From Hemiscyllium ocellatum (taxonomy: Eukaryota): DNA of 64,000 nt. The position numbers and the translations under genes are program-made. The notes under the pieces were generated by a model. That model did not search any database and was not told where the DNA came from. It saw only the letters and a list, made by a program, of their open reading frames with translations. The stretch spans positions 12,874,068 to 12,938,067 of the forward strand of contig NC_083446.1 in NCBI RefSeq assembly GCF_020745735.1, in the 5' to 3' direction. Shown here piece by piece: positions 11,036-23,874 of the stretch; within the stretch, counting starts at the first letter, position 1; each line of letters starts with the position of its first letter.

Positions 11036-11335
11036 CATGCAGTGGTTAGCACTGCTGCCTCACAGCACCGGAGACCTGGGTTCAATTCCCGACTCAGGCA
11101 ACTGACTGTGTGGAGTTTGCACGTTCTCTCCGTGTCTGCGTGGGTTTCCTCCGGATGCTCCGGTTTCCTCCCACAGTCCAAAGATGTGCGGGTCAGGTGA
11201 ATTGGCCATGCTAAATTGCCCGTAGTGTTAGGTAAGGGGTAAATGTAGGGGTATGGGTGGGTTGCGCTTCGGCGGGTCGGTGTGGACTTGTTGGGCTGAA
11301 GGGCCTGTTTCCACACTGTAAGTAATCTAATCTAC
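11036..11335 (+). mobile_element. HE1-like SINE, near full length
   Basis: A box cagtggttagcact, B box gggttcaattccc, tail cacactgtaagtaatctaatcta. Confidence 0.9.
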
Positions 11336-11432
11336 CATCATTCATAGTTGCTTTATAGCTCTACTTGGAATCAGGAAGATCAACAAGGAATACGGGAAAC
11401 AAATCAGAGATTGGTGTCACACTGTGAACTGG

Positions 11433-11620
11433 TGGGCGGCGCGGTGGCACAGTGGTTAGCACTGCTGCATCACAGCGCCAGAGACCCGGGTTCAATTCCC
11501 GACTCAGGCGACTGACTGTGGGGAGTTTGCACGTTCTCCCCGTGTCGCTTCGGTGGGTCGGTGTGGTCTTGTTGGACCAAAGGACCTGTTTCCACACTGT
11601 AAGTAATCTAATCTAATCTA
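11433..11620 (+). mobile_element. HE1-like SINE with internal deletion
   Basis: Intact tRNA head and (aatct)n tail; middle ~120 bp missing. Confidence 0.85.
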
Positions 11621-12179
11621 TTCCTGACTGAAAGTAATACAGCAGAATTATATTTCCAGTCTAAAAGTGACATTGTTTTGCATCCACTATTTTAAGGCAG
11701 ATCTTAATTAAAATAAATTTGATTAAAAATAAATAACAATGAGTTCACAGCAGTCTGTAAATATCTGGGACAATTCACAGAATCACAATATTGCTGAATG
11801 AAGTCAATGAAGCATATTGATGCCAATCTCCTACATTTCCTCATACCCTGAATGATGTTTCTGTTTAAATAATAATTCACGAATGCATCAATTCAGCCTG
11901 TCTCCAGCAGACTTTCAGATCCTTTCCTCCGTAAGTTATACAATGGATATCTCTAAATAAAGATGAATTTGTGTGGGAGACAACAGGATAACCAACAATG
12001 CACAAATGGGAACATCCACAAGGGTACTATCCTGACAGTTATTCTAAGATTACCCCACTACTGACTCTGCTGAAGGTTGTAAGCCCAAAGTGTGAAATCT
12101 CCAGGACTGGACTGTAAGAAGGTTGGGTTTTAGCATCCTGACTGGAATCTGTCAGGAACCACAGAAGTCCTTACTAACA

Positions 12180-12280
12180 AACAAACACAAAAGTAGAAAT
12201 TGCTGGAAAAACTCAGGAGGTCTGGCAGCATTTCTAGAAAGAAAACAATGTTTTGAGTTCAGTTACCTTCTTCAGAACTA
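12180..12280 (-). mobile_element. Degenerate Penelope-type terminal repeat
   Basis: aaattgctggaaaaactcaggaggtctggcagcat...ccttcttcagaac (decayed ctgaaga core on the minus strand). Confidence 0.55.
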
Positions 12281-12474
12281 ACCTTTACCATAAAGCTGTC
12301 TGGGGTTTTACCTCTCAGTGTAGGTCTAGGAGTGAATAATGCCCTACTCCCTGCATTTTCTGATACAGAACTATATTTGGAACAAGATGATCTCCATTTC
12401 CAGCAGAACAGAGACAAATATCATCCACAATTGAGGGAGACCAAAGCAGCCATTGATATTAACGACTTGAACCA

Positions 12475-13072
12475 ATTGTGGTGTCGCACCTTACTGCTGA
12501 TGCAATAATAAGTAGGAAAGCAATTTGTAAGGCTATAAAGAGTCCGTGAAGGGATACAAACAAGTTATGTGAATGGAAAAAACTTTGACAGATGGATTAT
12601 AATGTGGGGTGATGTGAATGTATCCATTTTGGTAGGAGAGAACAAAAAGCAGTTTATTGAATGGAGACAGACTGCAGAATGCTGTAGTGCAGAGAGATCT
12701 GGGTATCCTTATATGTGAATCTCAAACAGCATGCTGGTACAGCATGAAATTCTGAAGACAAATTGAATTTTGGTCTTAATTGCAAGGAGGATACAGTATA
12801 ATAATAAGGAAGTATTGCTAAAACCACAAAGCGTCCTGGTGAATCTGCGCCTGGATTACTGTATCCAGTTTTGCTTGCTTAGGGAAGTTTATACTTGTAA
12901 TAAAATGAGTTCATAGAAGACTCACTCAGGTGATTCCAGCAATGAAGAGGTTGTCTTCTGAGGAAAGATTGTGCAAGTTGGAGTTTAGGAGAATGAGAAG
13001 TGATCTTACTGAATTGGATAAGATGCTGGAGGGTTTGACAGAGTGCACACTGAGAGACTATTTCCTCTCAGG
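12475..13072 (+). mobile_element. CR1 LINE RT fragment
   Basis: gctgatg...W..WQMDYNV...IHFG...RDLG motifs, degenerate. Confidence 0.75.
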
Positions 13073-13074
13073 GA

Positions 13075-13397
13075 ATTAGATTAAGATTAGATTAGATTTA
13101 CAGTGTGGAAACAGGCCCTTCGGCCCAACAAGTCCACACCGACCCGCCGAAGCGCAACCCACCCATACCCCTACATTTACCCCTTACCTAACACTACGGG
13201 CAATTTAGCATGGCCAATTCACCTGACCTGCACATCTTTGGACTGTGGGAGGAAACCGGAGCACCCGGAGGAAACCCACGCAGACACGGGGAGAATGTGC
13301 AAACTCCACACAGTCAGTCACCTGAGTCGGGAATTGAACCCGGGTCTCAGGCGCTGTGAGCCAGCAGTGCTAACCACTGTGCCACCGTGCCGCCCAC
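13075..13397 (-). mobile_element. HE1-like SINE, full length, young
   Basis: Reverse complement of the complete SINE, with (ttaga)n tail. Confidence 0.92.
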
Positions 13398-13479
13398 TGG
13401 TTCTGGGGCACAGCGGGAAAGGGGAGGGGTAAACAGGATCTTAGTGATAGAAGACTCAATAGTTAGGGGGACAGTTAAT

Positions 13480-13965
13480 TTGCTACATGAGCAAAACTAA
13501 TGTAGTTTATAAAATACCATGCAAGGACTGCACAAAACACTATATAGGACAAACAGGAAGACAGCTAACAATCCGCATACATGAACACCAACTAGCCACG
13601 AAACGACACGACCAGCTATCCCTAGTAGCCACACACTCAGACAACAAGCAACATGAATTCGACTGGGAAAACACTACTATCATAGGGCAAGCCAGACAGA
13701 GAATAGCCAGGGAATTCCTAGAGGCATGGCATTCATCCACAAACTCCATCAACAGACACATCGACCTGGACCCAATATACCAATCACTACAGCGGACAGC
13801 TGAAACTGACACCCGGAAGCGGCAAGGACAGACCACTATAAATGCCGGAAGAAACATCAAAGAAGCGCTTCGCAGGAGGCTCCAGAGCACTGATGATGTC
13901 TCCTAGCCAGGGGACGAAACGTTTGCAACCAAAACTTCCAGCTCGGCGAACAGAACCACTACAAC
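13480..13965 (+). mobile_element. Penelope-like element 3' end: GIY-YIG endonuclease plus hammerhead motif
   Basis: ORF 13487-13906 NVVYKIPCKDCTKHYIGQTGRQLTIRIHEH...REFLEAWHS; then gca-ctgatga-tgtctcct-agcc-aggggac-gaaacgtt-tgc at 13887-13926. Confidence 0.92.
13887..13926 (+). ncRNA. Minimal type I hammerhead ribozyme motif (PLE-associated)
   Basis: CUGAUGA core, 7-bp stem II, GAAA, palindromic ACGU in place of stem III, GUU at the cleavage position, 3-bp stem I. Confidence 0.7.
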
Positions 13966-14354
13966 AATAATCCCCTATCTGCATTCACCTACCACCATCC
14001 CACCTACCTTTCCTCAGTCCCACCTCCTCCCCCCGCCCCCACTATTTCTGAGCTCTCTTGCCCCTCCCTAGTGCTGAAGAAGAGTCCTGATCCCAAATGT
14101 GGACTTTCCTGCTTTTTTGATACTGTCTGACCTACTGTGTTTTTCCATTCCACTATCTCTAAATCAGTTCTGTACAGTTCTTGCAGAATTTTGACTTTCC
14201 TTAGAGCTTCTCTGATGTCCTGAATGGTGCCAGTATTAATCTTCTCCATAACCAGTCCTAGCCCTGCCGCCAGTTCATTTATTGAAACCTGGGACTTGCC
14301 TTGTCAAATATTTGACATTCCTTTTTTGCCCACTTCTCTTAAATCAGACCTTGA

Positions 14355-15125
14355 TTTATAAGACAAAGGAGCAGAATTAAGCCATTCAGTACATTGAGTC
14401 TGCTCTGCTCTTCAATCATGACTGACATGTTTCTCAACATCATTCTCTTGCATTCACCCTATAACCCATTCATACTCAAGAAATTATCTGTCAGCCTTAA
14501 ATATACTCAATAATCTGGCCTCCACAATCTTCTGTGACAATCAATTCCATTGATTCACCACTCTGGCTGAAGACGTTTCTCCTTATCTCCATTCTAAAGT
14601 TCTTCCCTTTACTCTAAGGTAATGCCGTCGGATCCTAGTCACTCCGACCAATGGAAACATCTTCCCAACATCCACTCTGTCCAGGGCATTCAGTATTCTG
14701 TATGCTTCAATTAGAACCCTCCATCATCTTTCTAAACTCCATAGAACATTAACCAAACTCCATAGAACATTAACCAGAGTACTCAAACATTCCTCATATG
14801 TTACGCTTTTCATTCCTGAGACCATTCTCGTGAAACTCCTCTGAACACACTCCAGGGCCAATACATCTTTCCTGAGATATGGAGGTGAAAACTGTGCACA
14901 ATACTCCAAATGTGGTCTGACCAGAGCAATGTAGAGCCTCGGAAGGAAATGCCTGCTTTCATACTCAAGTCCTCTCAAAATAAATACCATCATTGTATTT
15001 GCCTACCTAACTACTGACTCAACCTCCATGATTACCTGGACTAGAACTCCCAAGTCTCTTTGGTAGGAAGAGTAGAGGCATGGACTATTTTCTAAATGGG
15101 GAGAAAATTCAAAAGTCTGAAGTGC
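14355..15125 (-). mobile_element. CR1 LINE 3' part
   Basis: ORF 14724-14993 LYIALVRPHLEYCAQF..YLRKDVLALECVQR (CR1 ORF2 C-terminus). Confidence 0.85.
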
Positions 15126-15249
15126 ATGACCCCACACTTTGCTCACGTTGTACTCCATTATTTACGAATTTGTCTGAACATATTCCCCTATTTCAGAAGC
15201 AAATGTGGAAACGTTTGCTCCGGCCCCAGAAAGGTTCCATCTATTTAAA

Positions 15250-15770
15250 GTCGAGGTTTTCCCTGGCGTTTGACACAAACAAAGTTTCCAAATAAGGGAA
15301 GGTTTCAGCGATTGAAGGAGAGCCCACCTCGGTCCCGCCCCCCATTCGCCACGATTGGCTGCAAGGCCTGCCGCTCTCGGCCGGCTTTTACCATTGGTCT
15401 GGAGCCTCCACCAACCAAGTGGGCAACGTGAACTGAGCACGCGCATGTGTGAAGCTGATGCGGGATGGAGAATTGTTCGTAACTAAATTCGCGGAGTTTT
15501 AAACATCTACCGGGTGAGGCGATCGTGAGCTGCATTTAAAATTCTGCGTAATCCAGGGTCGAATAAGAAACTACCGATTCAGATTTTCCTTAAGCGAGCA
15601 GCAGTTTCGAGCTTTGGCGGTCTTTTCGTGAATGGGCTGCGTTAATGACCGCCATCTTTATAGGGGGCAGGGGGGGGGGGCAGCAGGGCGCATGCGCAGT
15701 TCCATCTGCATGGCGGCGCAATGTGAGCTAGGGCGCATGCGCATCCGCGAGCACTGGCTGGGGAGGACAA
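15250..15770 (+). promoter_or_regulatory. CpG island promoter / exon 1, probably of the 17915-18589 ZNF gene
   Basis: GC box cccgcccc (~15334); two attgg (reverse CCAAT); gcgcatgtg; donor cgg|gtgagg ~15513; YY1 ccgccatctt ~15649; NRF1 gcgcatgcgc at ~15688 and ~15733. Confidence 0.75.
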
Positions 15771-16149
15771 TGAAGTGGATCTGAATGGGATCAGGACCTG
15801 ACACCGATAGAATTTGCATGTTATCAGAAAATGAAGGTTTGCAGGCAGGAGAATGTGTGACATGCTGATTTGGAGAGCTGGCTTAGACACAACGGGTTGA
15901 ATTCCCCACTTAAAAAATTCTGTGCTTCATTCAGTCCGCTGTTTGTGCCAGTTTTCTGTAAGACCAAAATCACCTAATCCCACTGCCCTGGCTCCACATC
16001 CCCCAGCACTGTCAAGTGTTTATTATGTTCAGATCAAATAAACGATTTCGACTTGAATGTAGGATGTTTGATCAGTAAATTAAGGGGGGGGGCTACGAAA
16101 ATTGATGGGATAGTAAATAGTGAGGTCAGACTGACATTACAGGCTATGA

Positions 16150-16450
16150 TGTGGAGGTGCTGGTGTTGGGCGGGGGTGGACAAAGTAAAATAATCACACA
16201 AAACCGGCTTAAAGTCCAACAGGTTTATTCGAAAGTACAAGTTTTTGGAACACTGCTCCTTCGTCAGGGAGCTAGTAGATTTGTTCAATACATTGCATCA
16301 ATTGTATGATACTTTTGATCTTTTACTGTACATTCTGTGTCCTATGACCCTGCTGCTCTACCTACCTGACAAAGGGGCAGCGCTGCAAAAGCTTGTACTT
16401 TCAAATAAACCTGTTGGACTATAGTGTGGTGTTGTGTGATTTTTAATTTA
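16150..16450. mobile_element. Inverted pair of Penelope-type terminal repeats (AGCU hammerhead family, degenerate)
   Basis: aaaataatcacaca...aacaggtttatt...ctccttcgtcagg, mirrored by cctgacaaagggg...aataaacctgtt...gtgtgattttt. Confidence 0.75.
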
Positions 16451-16464
16451 GATTACAGGAGGAT

Positions 16465-17080
16465 TCATAGAATAGAATCCCTACAGCATGAAATCTGTCC
16501 ATTTGAATCCACACTTACCCTCCGAAGAGCATCCCACCAGAACTACCCCTCCACCCAATCCCTGTAACACTGCATCTCCCATGGCTAATCCACCTAGTCT
16601 GCACATCCCTGGACATTATGGGGCAATTCAGCATGGCCAATCCACCTAACCTCACACAGATGAAAGGGGAAAGCAGTGCCCTATAGAACAAAGCATTCCA
16701 GTTTTTATCCTATACTGACAATGGTAGATGTTGTTTGCATGGTATTAGAAGGAAATGATTTGCCAATGGGAAACTTGAAAATCTTGTGCAGTCACTTCAT
16801 TTATACAGGATTGGGTTTGGTTTACAGAATCCGTACAGTGTGGAAAAAGGCCATTCTTCCCATCAAGTGTGCACTGATCCTCAGAAGAGCATCCCACCCA
16901 GAGAAAGCCTCCACCTGTTCCCATAAACCTGCATTTACCATGGCTAATCCACTTAGCCTGCACATCGCTGGGCACTACAGGGCAATTTGGCATGGCCAAA
17001 GCCACATCTTTGGACTGTGGAGGGAAACCAGAGCACCTGGAGGAAACCCATGCAGAACGGGGAGAATGTGCAAACTCCAG
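16465..17080 (-). mobile_element. Two HE1-like SINE fragments
   Basis: Antisense SINE cores at ~16465-16655 and ~16825-17080. Confidence 0.75.
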
Positions 17081-17084
17081 ATAT

Positions 17085-17450
17085 GCTAATCAGATGAGCT
17101 GACTAGTGGCAAATGGAATTCATTCCAGATAAGTGTGAGATAATGCATTTGAGCAGAAGAAACAAAGCAAGGGAATATTTGATGAATGGTAGGATACTGA
17201 GGTGCACTAAGGATCAGAGGAACCTTGGTGCACATGTCCACTGGCCTGTCAAGGAGTGGGGCAGGTAGATAAAGTGGTTAAGAAGGCATGTGGGATACTT
17301 GCCTTTCTTAACTAAGGCATAGAGTTTATTACAGGGAGATTGTGCTGAAACTGTATAAACTGTTGGTTAAGCCACAGCTAGAGCACTGTGTGTAGTTCTG
17401 GAATCCATATTATAGGAGAGATATGATTCAACTGCAAAGGTTGTGCACAG
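17085..17450 (+). mobile_element. CR1 LINE RT fragment
   Basis: WQMEF..DKCEIMH...YKLLVKPQLEHCV. Confidence 0.75.
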
Positions 17451-17914
17451 GCTATAACTGTTTATTTTCAATCTGTATCTGATACTGATAAATGATAATT
17501 TTTGTATTCTTATTACAGAACATTGAAAGGAAGGATTTACAGATAGGAATAAGGAATCAAACACCACGCAGAGGTCGAACACATTCACTTGAGTCACCCA
17601 GTCCTGAATATCATCGACATTTGACTGTAGACAAAGAAATTTTTTTGTGACTGTGGCAAAAGGTTTCAGATATCAGTGAGACTGGAAAAATACCAAGACA
17701 CTCATATACACACACAAACATCTGAGTGCAAGTGTCCCAGTGGAAAGAGCTTGAACAAGCCACATAACCTGAATGCAAGTGTTGCAGTGGACTGATTGTA
17801 CAAAAAGGTTTAACCAGTTATAGAAAGTTTTAAAAAGTACCATATCATTCACAGCAGGGAAGGATCATTCACGTATCCTATGTGTAGATAAGGAAATAAC
17901 CAGACACATGCGCT

Positions 17915-18589
17915 ATGGAGAAACCATGGAAATGTGAGGACTGTGGTAAAGGATTCAATTATCCATCCCGGCTAGAAATTCATCGACGCAGTCATACTGG
18001 GGAGAAGCCGTTCATCTGCTCTGTGTGTGGGAGGGGATTCACTGATACAACCAAACTTGTGTTACACCAGCGAACACACACTGAGGAGAGGCCGTTCAGC
18101 TGCACTCACTGTGGAATGATGTTCAGGAGTGCCTCCACCCTGCTGAGACACCAGCAGCTTCACTCTGGGGAGAGACCATTCACCTGCTCTGTTTGCGGGA
18201 AGGGATTCGCCCAGTCCTCTGGCCTTTGTACACACCAGCGAATTCACAACGAGGAGAGGCCGTTCGGTTGCACCCACTGTGGAAAAAGATTCAGGCAGTT
18301 ATCCGAGCTCAGCGCACATCAATGGGTTCACACCGGGGAGAGGCCATTCACTTGCTCCATGTGTGGAAAAGGATTCACTCAGTCATCCACCCTCCTGAGA
18401 CACCAGCGAGTTCACACTGAGGAGAGGCCATTCAGCTGCACTTCGTGTGGTAAGAGTTTTCGTCAGTCATCTGACCTCAAAGCGCACCAGAGAGTTCATA
18501 CTGGGGAGAGACCATTCAGCTGTTCCATGTGTGGGAAGAGATTCACTCGGTCATCCCATCTGCTGACACATCAGAGAGTTCATACGTGA
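17915..18589 (+). CDS. C2H2 zinc-finger protein, 8 intact fingers, no effector domain
   Basis: 224-aa ORF starting [23 protein letters not shown]; acceptor ttattacag at 17518; alternating TGERP/TEERP-type linkers. Confidence 0.93.
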   Translation: MEKPWKCEDCGKGFNYPSRLEIHRRSHTGEKPFICSVCGRGFTDTTKLVLHQRTHTEERPFSCTHCGMMFRSASTLLRHQQLHSGERPFTCSVCGKGFAQSSGLCTHQRIHNEERPFGCTHCGKRFRQLSELSAHQWVHTGERPFTCSMCGKGFTQSSTLLRHQRVHTEERPFSCTSCGKSFRQSSDLKAHQRVHTGERPFSCSMCGKRFTRSSHLLTHQRVHT

Positions 18590-18679
18590 CTGCAGTGGTT
18601 TGATTCCACTGTAATTGCTGCTGTCAATTAAGTCAGAGATTGCCCGTCTGACAGTGTCGTTTACATCAAGGAGCCTGAA

Positions 18680-19570
18680 CAAATCTGGAAGGAGCAGGTA
18701 GATTTCCGTCCACTGGTGGAGTTAGGCTGAAACAAAAGAAGGTGGTTGTCAGGGGTCAATTATCTCATTCGTATGACATCACTGCAGGGTCATATGCCTA
18801 AACATCCTCTGTACTTCATCAATGCCCACTCCCCCATCATAAGGGCAGGAGTGGAGTTGTTCGTTGATGATTGCACAATATTCAGCACTGTTTACAAATC
18901 CTCATAAACTGAAGTGGTCTAGATCCTCATGAAGCAAGTTATAGACAGTATCTAGGCTTGGGCTAATAAGTGGCAGGCAATGGCCATCTCCAAAATCAGA
19001 GAATCCAACTGCCTCCTCTTGCCAATCAATTGCATTACAATCCCTGAATCCCTCGCTATCAAAATCCTGGTGCATGCCATTGACCAGAAACTGAGCTGGA
19101 CAAGCCATATAAATACTGCTGCTACTCAGCAGATCAGAGGCTAGGAATCCTGAAGTGATTAGCTCACCTCCTGTCTCCCCAAACCCTGTCCACCATCTAC
19201 AAGGCGCAAGTCAGAAGTGTGATGGGAATGCTGTTCACTTGACTGGGTTAGTGCCGTTACAATACCTGAGACTTAAGCATCTTTATACCATATGAGATGA
19301 AACAGCCTGCTTGATTGGCACCACATCCACCAGCAACGTAAAAGGACACGGACATCACATGTCATGAGCATGGCCAATTGTAAATTCCCTTTGAGCCGAA
19401 TACCAGCTTAACTGTGAAAACATATCAGCATTCACTGCCACTGGGTCAAAATCCTGGAACTCCCTCCCGAACCAGGAATGTGGCTGTTGCTGAAGAAGGA
19501 CTGCAGCAGCTGAAGAAGTCACCTTCTCCAGGGCAATTTGGGATGGATATAAATGCTGGCCCTAGTGAAT
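18680..19570 (+). mobile_element. Old CR1/L2-clade LINE RT 3' fragment
   Basis: LFVDDCT, WANKWQ, TIYKAQVRSVM motifs; 3' UTR gggcaatttgggatggatataaatgctggcc. Confidence 0.7.
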
Positions 19571-20147
19571 GGCTTCTCCGTACCCTGGACAAATTTTCAA
19601 AACCTGTGTTTTATTTCTGCTCAAGTTGACAAAACTCTATAACCGGCTTGAGTTTAATATTCTGGATATGTCACAGGTTTTCAGGGCTGTGGTGTCCCTT
19701 TTCAAAAAACCCTCTGTGATCTTTTCCCTGAACTTTTTCTTCTTTCATCTTTCGTCACAGAATCATAGGATTGTTACAGTGCAGAAGGCGGCTGATCTGC
19801 CCTTCATGCCTGCGCTGGCTATATCCCTGAGTGCCAATCTCCTGCCTTTTCTGCCTACCTCTGCACACCATTTCTATTCAAATAATCATTCAGTGCCCTC
19901 ATGAATGCCTCAGTTGGACCTCTCTCCACCACATTTCTAGGCAGTACATTGCTTCATTTGGATGTCTCTTTAAAAATGGGATGTGGCTGTTACTCACAAG
20001 CCCAGCATTTGTTGTTGATTCCTGATTTCCCTTTGAGTGGTTTGCTAGGCCATTTCAGAGGGCAGTTAAGAGTCTACCACATTATCGGTTTTAATTCATA
20101 TGTAGGCCAAATTGGGGATGATTTCCCTCCTTAAAGGAGGGTGGTGA

Positions 20148-20452
20148 ACCATAGAATCCCTACAGTGTGGAAACAGGCCATTTGGCCCAACGAGTCCACA
20201 TTGACTCTCCGAAGAGTAACCCACCCAGACCCATTCCCCTACCCTATTACTCTACATTTACCTCTGATTAATGCACCTAACACTATGGGCAATTTAGCTT
20301 GGTCAATTTACATAACATACACATCTTTGGATTGTGGGAGGAAACCCACACAGACATGGGGAGAATATGCAAACTCCGTACAGACAGTCGCCCGAGGCTG
20401 GAATCGAACACGGGTCTCTGACGCTGTGAGGTGGCAGTGCTAATCACTGTGT
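20148..20452 (-). mobile_element. HE1-like SINE
   Basis: Antisense full SINE ending gcagtgctaatcactgtg. Confidence 0.85.
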
Positions 20453-22869
20453 CACTCGTGGGTTTTGAAAACAATAGTCTATGGTCACCATTACCGAGAC
20501 CAGGATTTTAAAAAAAAATAAGAATTCTCAACAGGAGGCTAGTTTATAATGAGATTGTAAACAGTTACTTCAATCCTAAATTGATCTGGTTGCAAAATCT
20601 ATGATTCAGTGTCTGAAAGATTTCACTGATTTACATCTCCAATTAGAAAGAAATGATTAGTCCTAGCTGACAATTCTAACTGACTTGCACATTATAAACA
20701 GTGACACCTGAATTATAGAATTAAATGACCAAGGAACAGTATTGTGATATATCTTACAGGCACATAAATAAAAGCTTTATTTGTCAACATTGATATCGCT
20801 GAAGTTTGGGAGTTGCTGAGTTCAATCATTTATGACACAGCAGCAGCAACATTTGGTAAAGTCAGAACCCACAACAAAAGCCTGCTCGTCAGGGCTGATA
20901 TCAGTCTTTGAAGCAAAAAGCAAAGCCAACGTGCTGCAAAACATTATAGCTGGAGCACTGCATCATCTAGAAGTTAGGGAGATACTGTGCAAAATAAATA
21001 CTGGATCAAACATGTCAAGAACTCCAAACTGGTTGTGGCAGTAGAAATCTACATGATGTGCATCAGCTGAGCACTTGATTTAGGTCTCGCCAAAGCTGTC
21101 TCCCTGATAACAGCAGATGGTGAAATAACGCATAAGTAATGTCCTACGTTGTCTGTCTTTCTGGTTCATTCATCTAGCAATGTATTTACATAGGGTCTAA
21201 TCTTATCATCAATATGAGAGTCTGCTTCTATTGCAGATCCGTATCATCATGGGTGTGAACATTTTTATAATAAATTATTCAAATTATTTGGGTTTTCTCT
21301 GCCTGGCCTCCTCCTGTCCACATTCCACACCTCAAACCTCAAGAAGATTATTCCTTTGCAATTCTTAGTGCTCTTTAAGTGTAAATATTTCTATTCTTCT
21401 AGCAACCTGTCTCAGAATTCTCTTCTACAAGCAGACCATCTCTAGGAGAGAAATTAGCCCTAAGAGGAAGCGAGAGGCTATAATTATTGGGGAATGGTGT
21501 CCTGTGTTTTACATTATCTCCAACTTGGGTTGATCACCCAGATTGCAATAGGTCGGAGGAAGGGATGGGATGGTCAAAACTGCAAGTTTTTATGAGAAAG
21601 AGGAGGATCTGTTTGCATCACTCATTGTCAGTCTGTAAGTTCATATGCTCTTTCTGTGACACAAACAGTTCTTCACAAGAAACAATATGGGTCTTCCAAG
21701 AATCTCATTGATTGACTGAAATAGTACAATTCAAAGATTCTTCATCCAGGTTGAAATCAGAGGGTGTGTGTGTAAAGCCTAAAATCAGTTCTCAGTTCTT
21801 CCTGAACAACATAAAGTGCTTCCTACTTCCCAGATTCCTGCCTTTCCATTCACTGTTATTCTTAGATGCTTCGTACATTCTTAGTGTAAATCATCCTCTA
21901 ACATATTCATGGATTATTCTTTAAAACTTTCCATTGGTGTTACCAAGAATGGTTTCACTGCTATCACCTGAATCAGTTCTGAACTCCTGTTGGTTTAATT
22001 TGAAGGGTTCCTAAAGTAATATATTGATCCAGATCCTCTCACTTAACATCAATTCATACCCCCATTTGAATTCCAGATTTTAATGTAACTATTAATGGAA
22101 AAGCATGTTGAATGTAATCACTTTGTAGTTAATTCAGAATAGCCTGTTCATACGACAAGATTGTTTTAGAGATCAGTTTCTCCTTTGTAGACTGTGTTCT
22201 GAATGATGACAGTACTACCCTTCTCCCTAAACAGCCCTAGCCCATCTGACAGTCATTTATTGAAAGCAAATCTCAACAAAGAAATAAAACTGGATGGACC
22301 ACCGGCTTCAACCGAGACAATGACAGAAAACATGCCTTTTTGACCCTGCAAGGTCTTCTTTACTAACATCTATTTGCTGGGAAAGCTGTCTCACAGATTA
22401 GTCCAGCAACAGCCTTACAGAGTTATCCTCAGGGAATCACACCATACAGACAATGTTGCAGACAGCACCATCATCCCTGGATATGCCCTGTCCCACCAGC
22501 AGAGATGACAACACACTGGTGTACAACTGGGTGAGAGTTTCTTTGGGAATCAGCATTGACTCTGGACCTCATGAAATCTCATGGCTTCAGGTTAAAACAT
22601 CATCAAGGAAACTTCATGTTAGTTACCACATCCCATCCTCCCTCAGCTGATGAATCTGTATTCTTGCATGGTGAACAACACTTGGAGGAAGCAGTAAGGA
22701 TGCAACGGTCATAAAATGTTCTCTGGATGGAGAATTTCAATGTCCATCATAAAGAGTGAATCAGCAGCAGCACTTCTGATTAAGCTGGTCAGGTCCTAAA
22801 GGACATAGCTGCTTGACTGGGTCTGCAGCAATTGATGAAGGAACCTACAAGAGGGAACCTACAACCCCA

Positions 22870-23874
22870 CCCTAGCTATAACTGAGTAGTACAAGATGGC
22901 CAACACTTTCTTGAGGTTGCAACTGACAACATTTGACATTTGATTCAACTCTGTAAGGAGAAACTCTGTGGGGACTGCAGATGCTGGAGATCAGAGTCAA
23001 AAAGTGTGGTGCTGGAAAAGCACAGCCAGTCAGGCAGCATCTGAGGAGCAGGAGAGTTGACATTTCGAGCATAAGCTCCTGATGAAGACATTATGCTCGA
23101 AACGTTGACTCTCCTACTCCTTGGATGCTGCCTGACCGGCTGTGCTTTTCCAGCACCACACGTTTTGACTTCAACTCTGTAAGCCATCGATAAAACAATT
23201 TAACATTTGCAGCTAACACATAAGATACAAAACTTGAACAATAGAAGCCATAGAACATTTGAAGAATAACATTTGCAACTCTATAAACCATACATAAAAC
23301 AAATAACATTTGCAGCTTACACTTAAGATAACAACATTAGACCTCATACTAATGAGTTGTTTAATCAATAATTATCGAACCAAATTAGTTCATAAAAGGA
23401 TTCAAACCAGATCCCAAATAGTTAACAATTAGTTCAGCAAATGCAGCAGGAAAGCTCGCTTAAGGTATTGGAATTTTAATTGGAATGTGCTAAACCACAT
23501 AACTTTGGATCTGATCAAAAGTCAATATTCTTTCGTCTGAAATGTGAAATTTCTAATTAATTGGTAATTCTGGCAAATATTACTTGGACAGTAATTATTG
23601 TGAGAAGTTTCAAAGCCATCATTTTGACCATGATTGGGCCCCATCGCAGTGAAAATGCTGAGAGCCAATCACAGACCAATAACTTGGCCCTGCTGACCAA
23701 TATTTAAAGCTAAAATATATACAGACATTCTGAAACCTGTGGGTTCTGCTTCTTTATGTTTGTGCCTTTATACTTTCTTTTTGCTGAATGCTGTAACTGA
23801 GCTGTAACCAAACAAATCACCTTTTGAATGCATTTCGCAATTCGGACACTTATTGAAATAAATGAGATCTATCA
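22870..23874 (+). mobile_element. Solo-LTR-like sequence related to 49981-52560 and 62398-63222
   Basis: Shared blocks ttgtttaatcaataatt, gattcaaaccag, gagagccaat...tgaccaata, tgctgtaact; ends ..ctatca; 5' boundary uncertain. Confidence 0.6.
22958..23169. mobile_element. Palindromic Penelope-type terminal-repeat element with hammerhead motif
   Basis: Inverted arms; ctgatgaagacattatgctcgaaacgtt; 14-bp direct repeat ttcaactctgtaag (22944-22957, 23170-23183). Confidence 0.82.

Noticed and set aside
11032-11597. Recurrent 'MWKQAL..' ORFs (also 13103, 44345) and tRNA-like A/B boxes
   Set aside because: Antisense translations and heads of HE1-like SINEs, not genes or tRNAs
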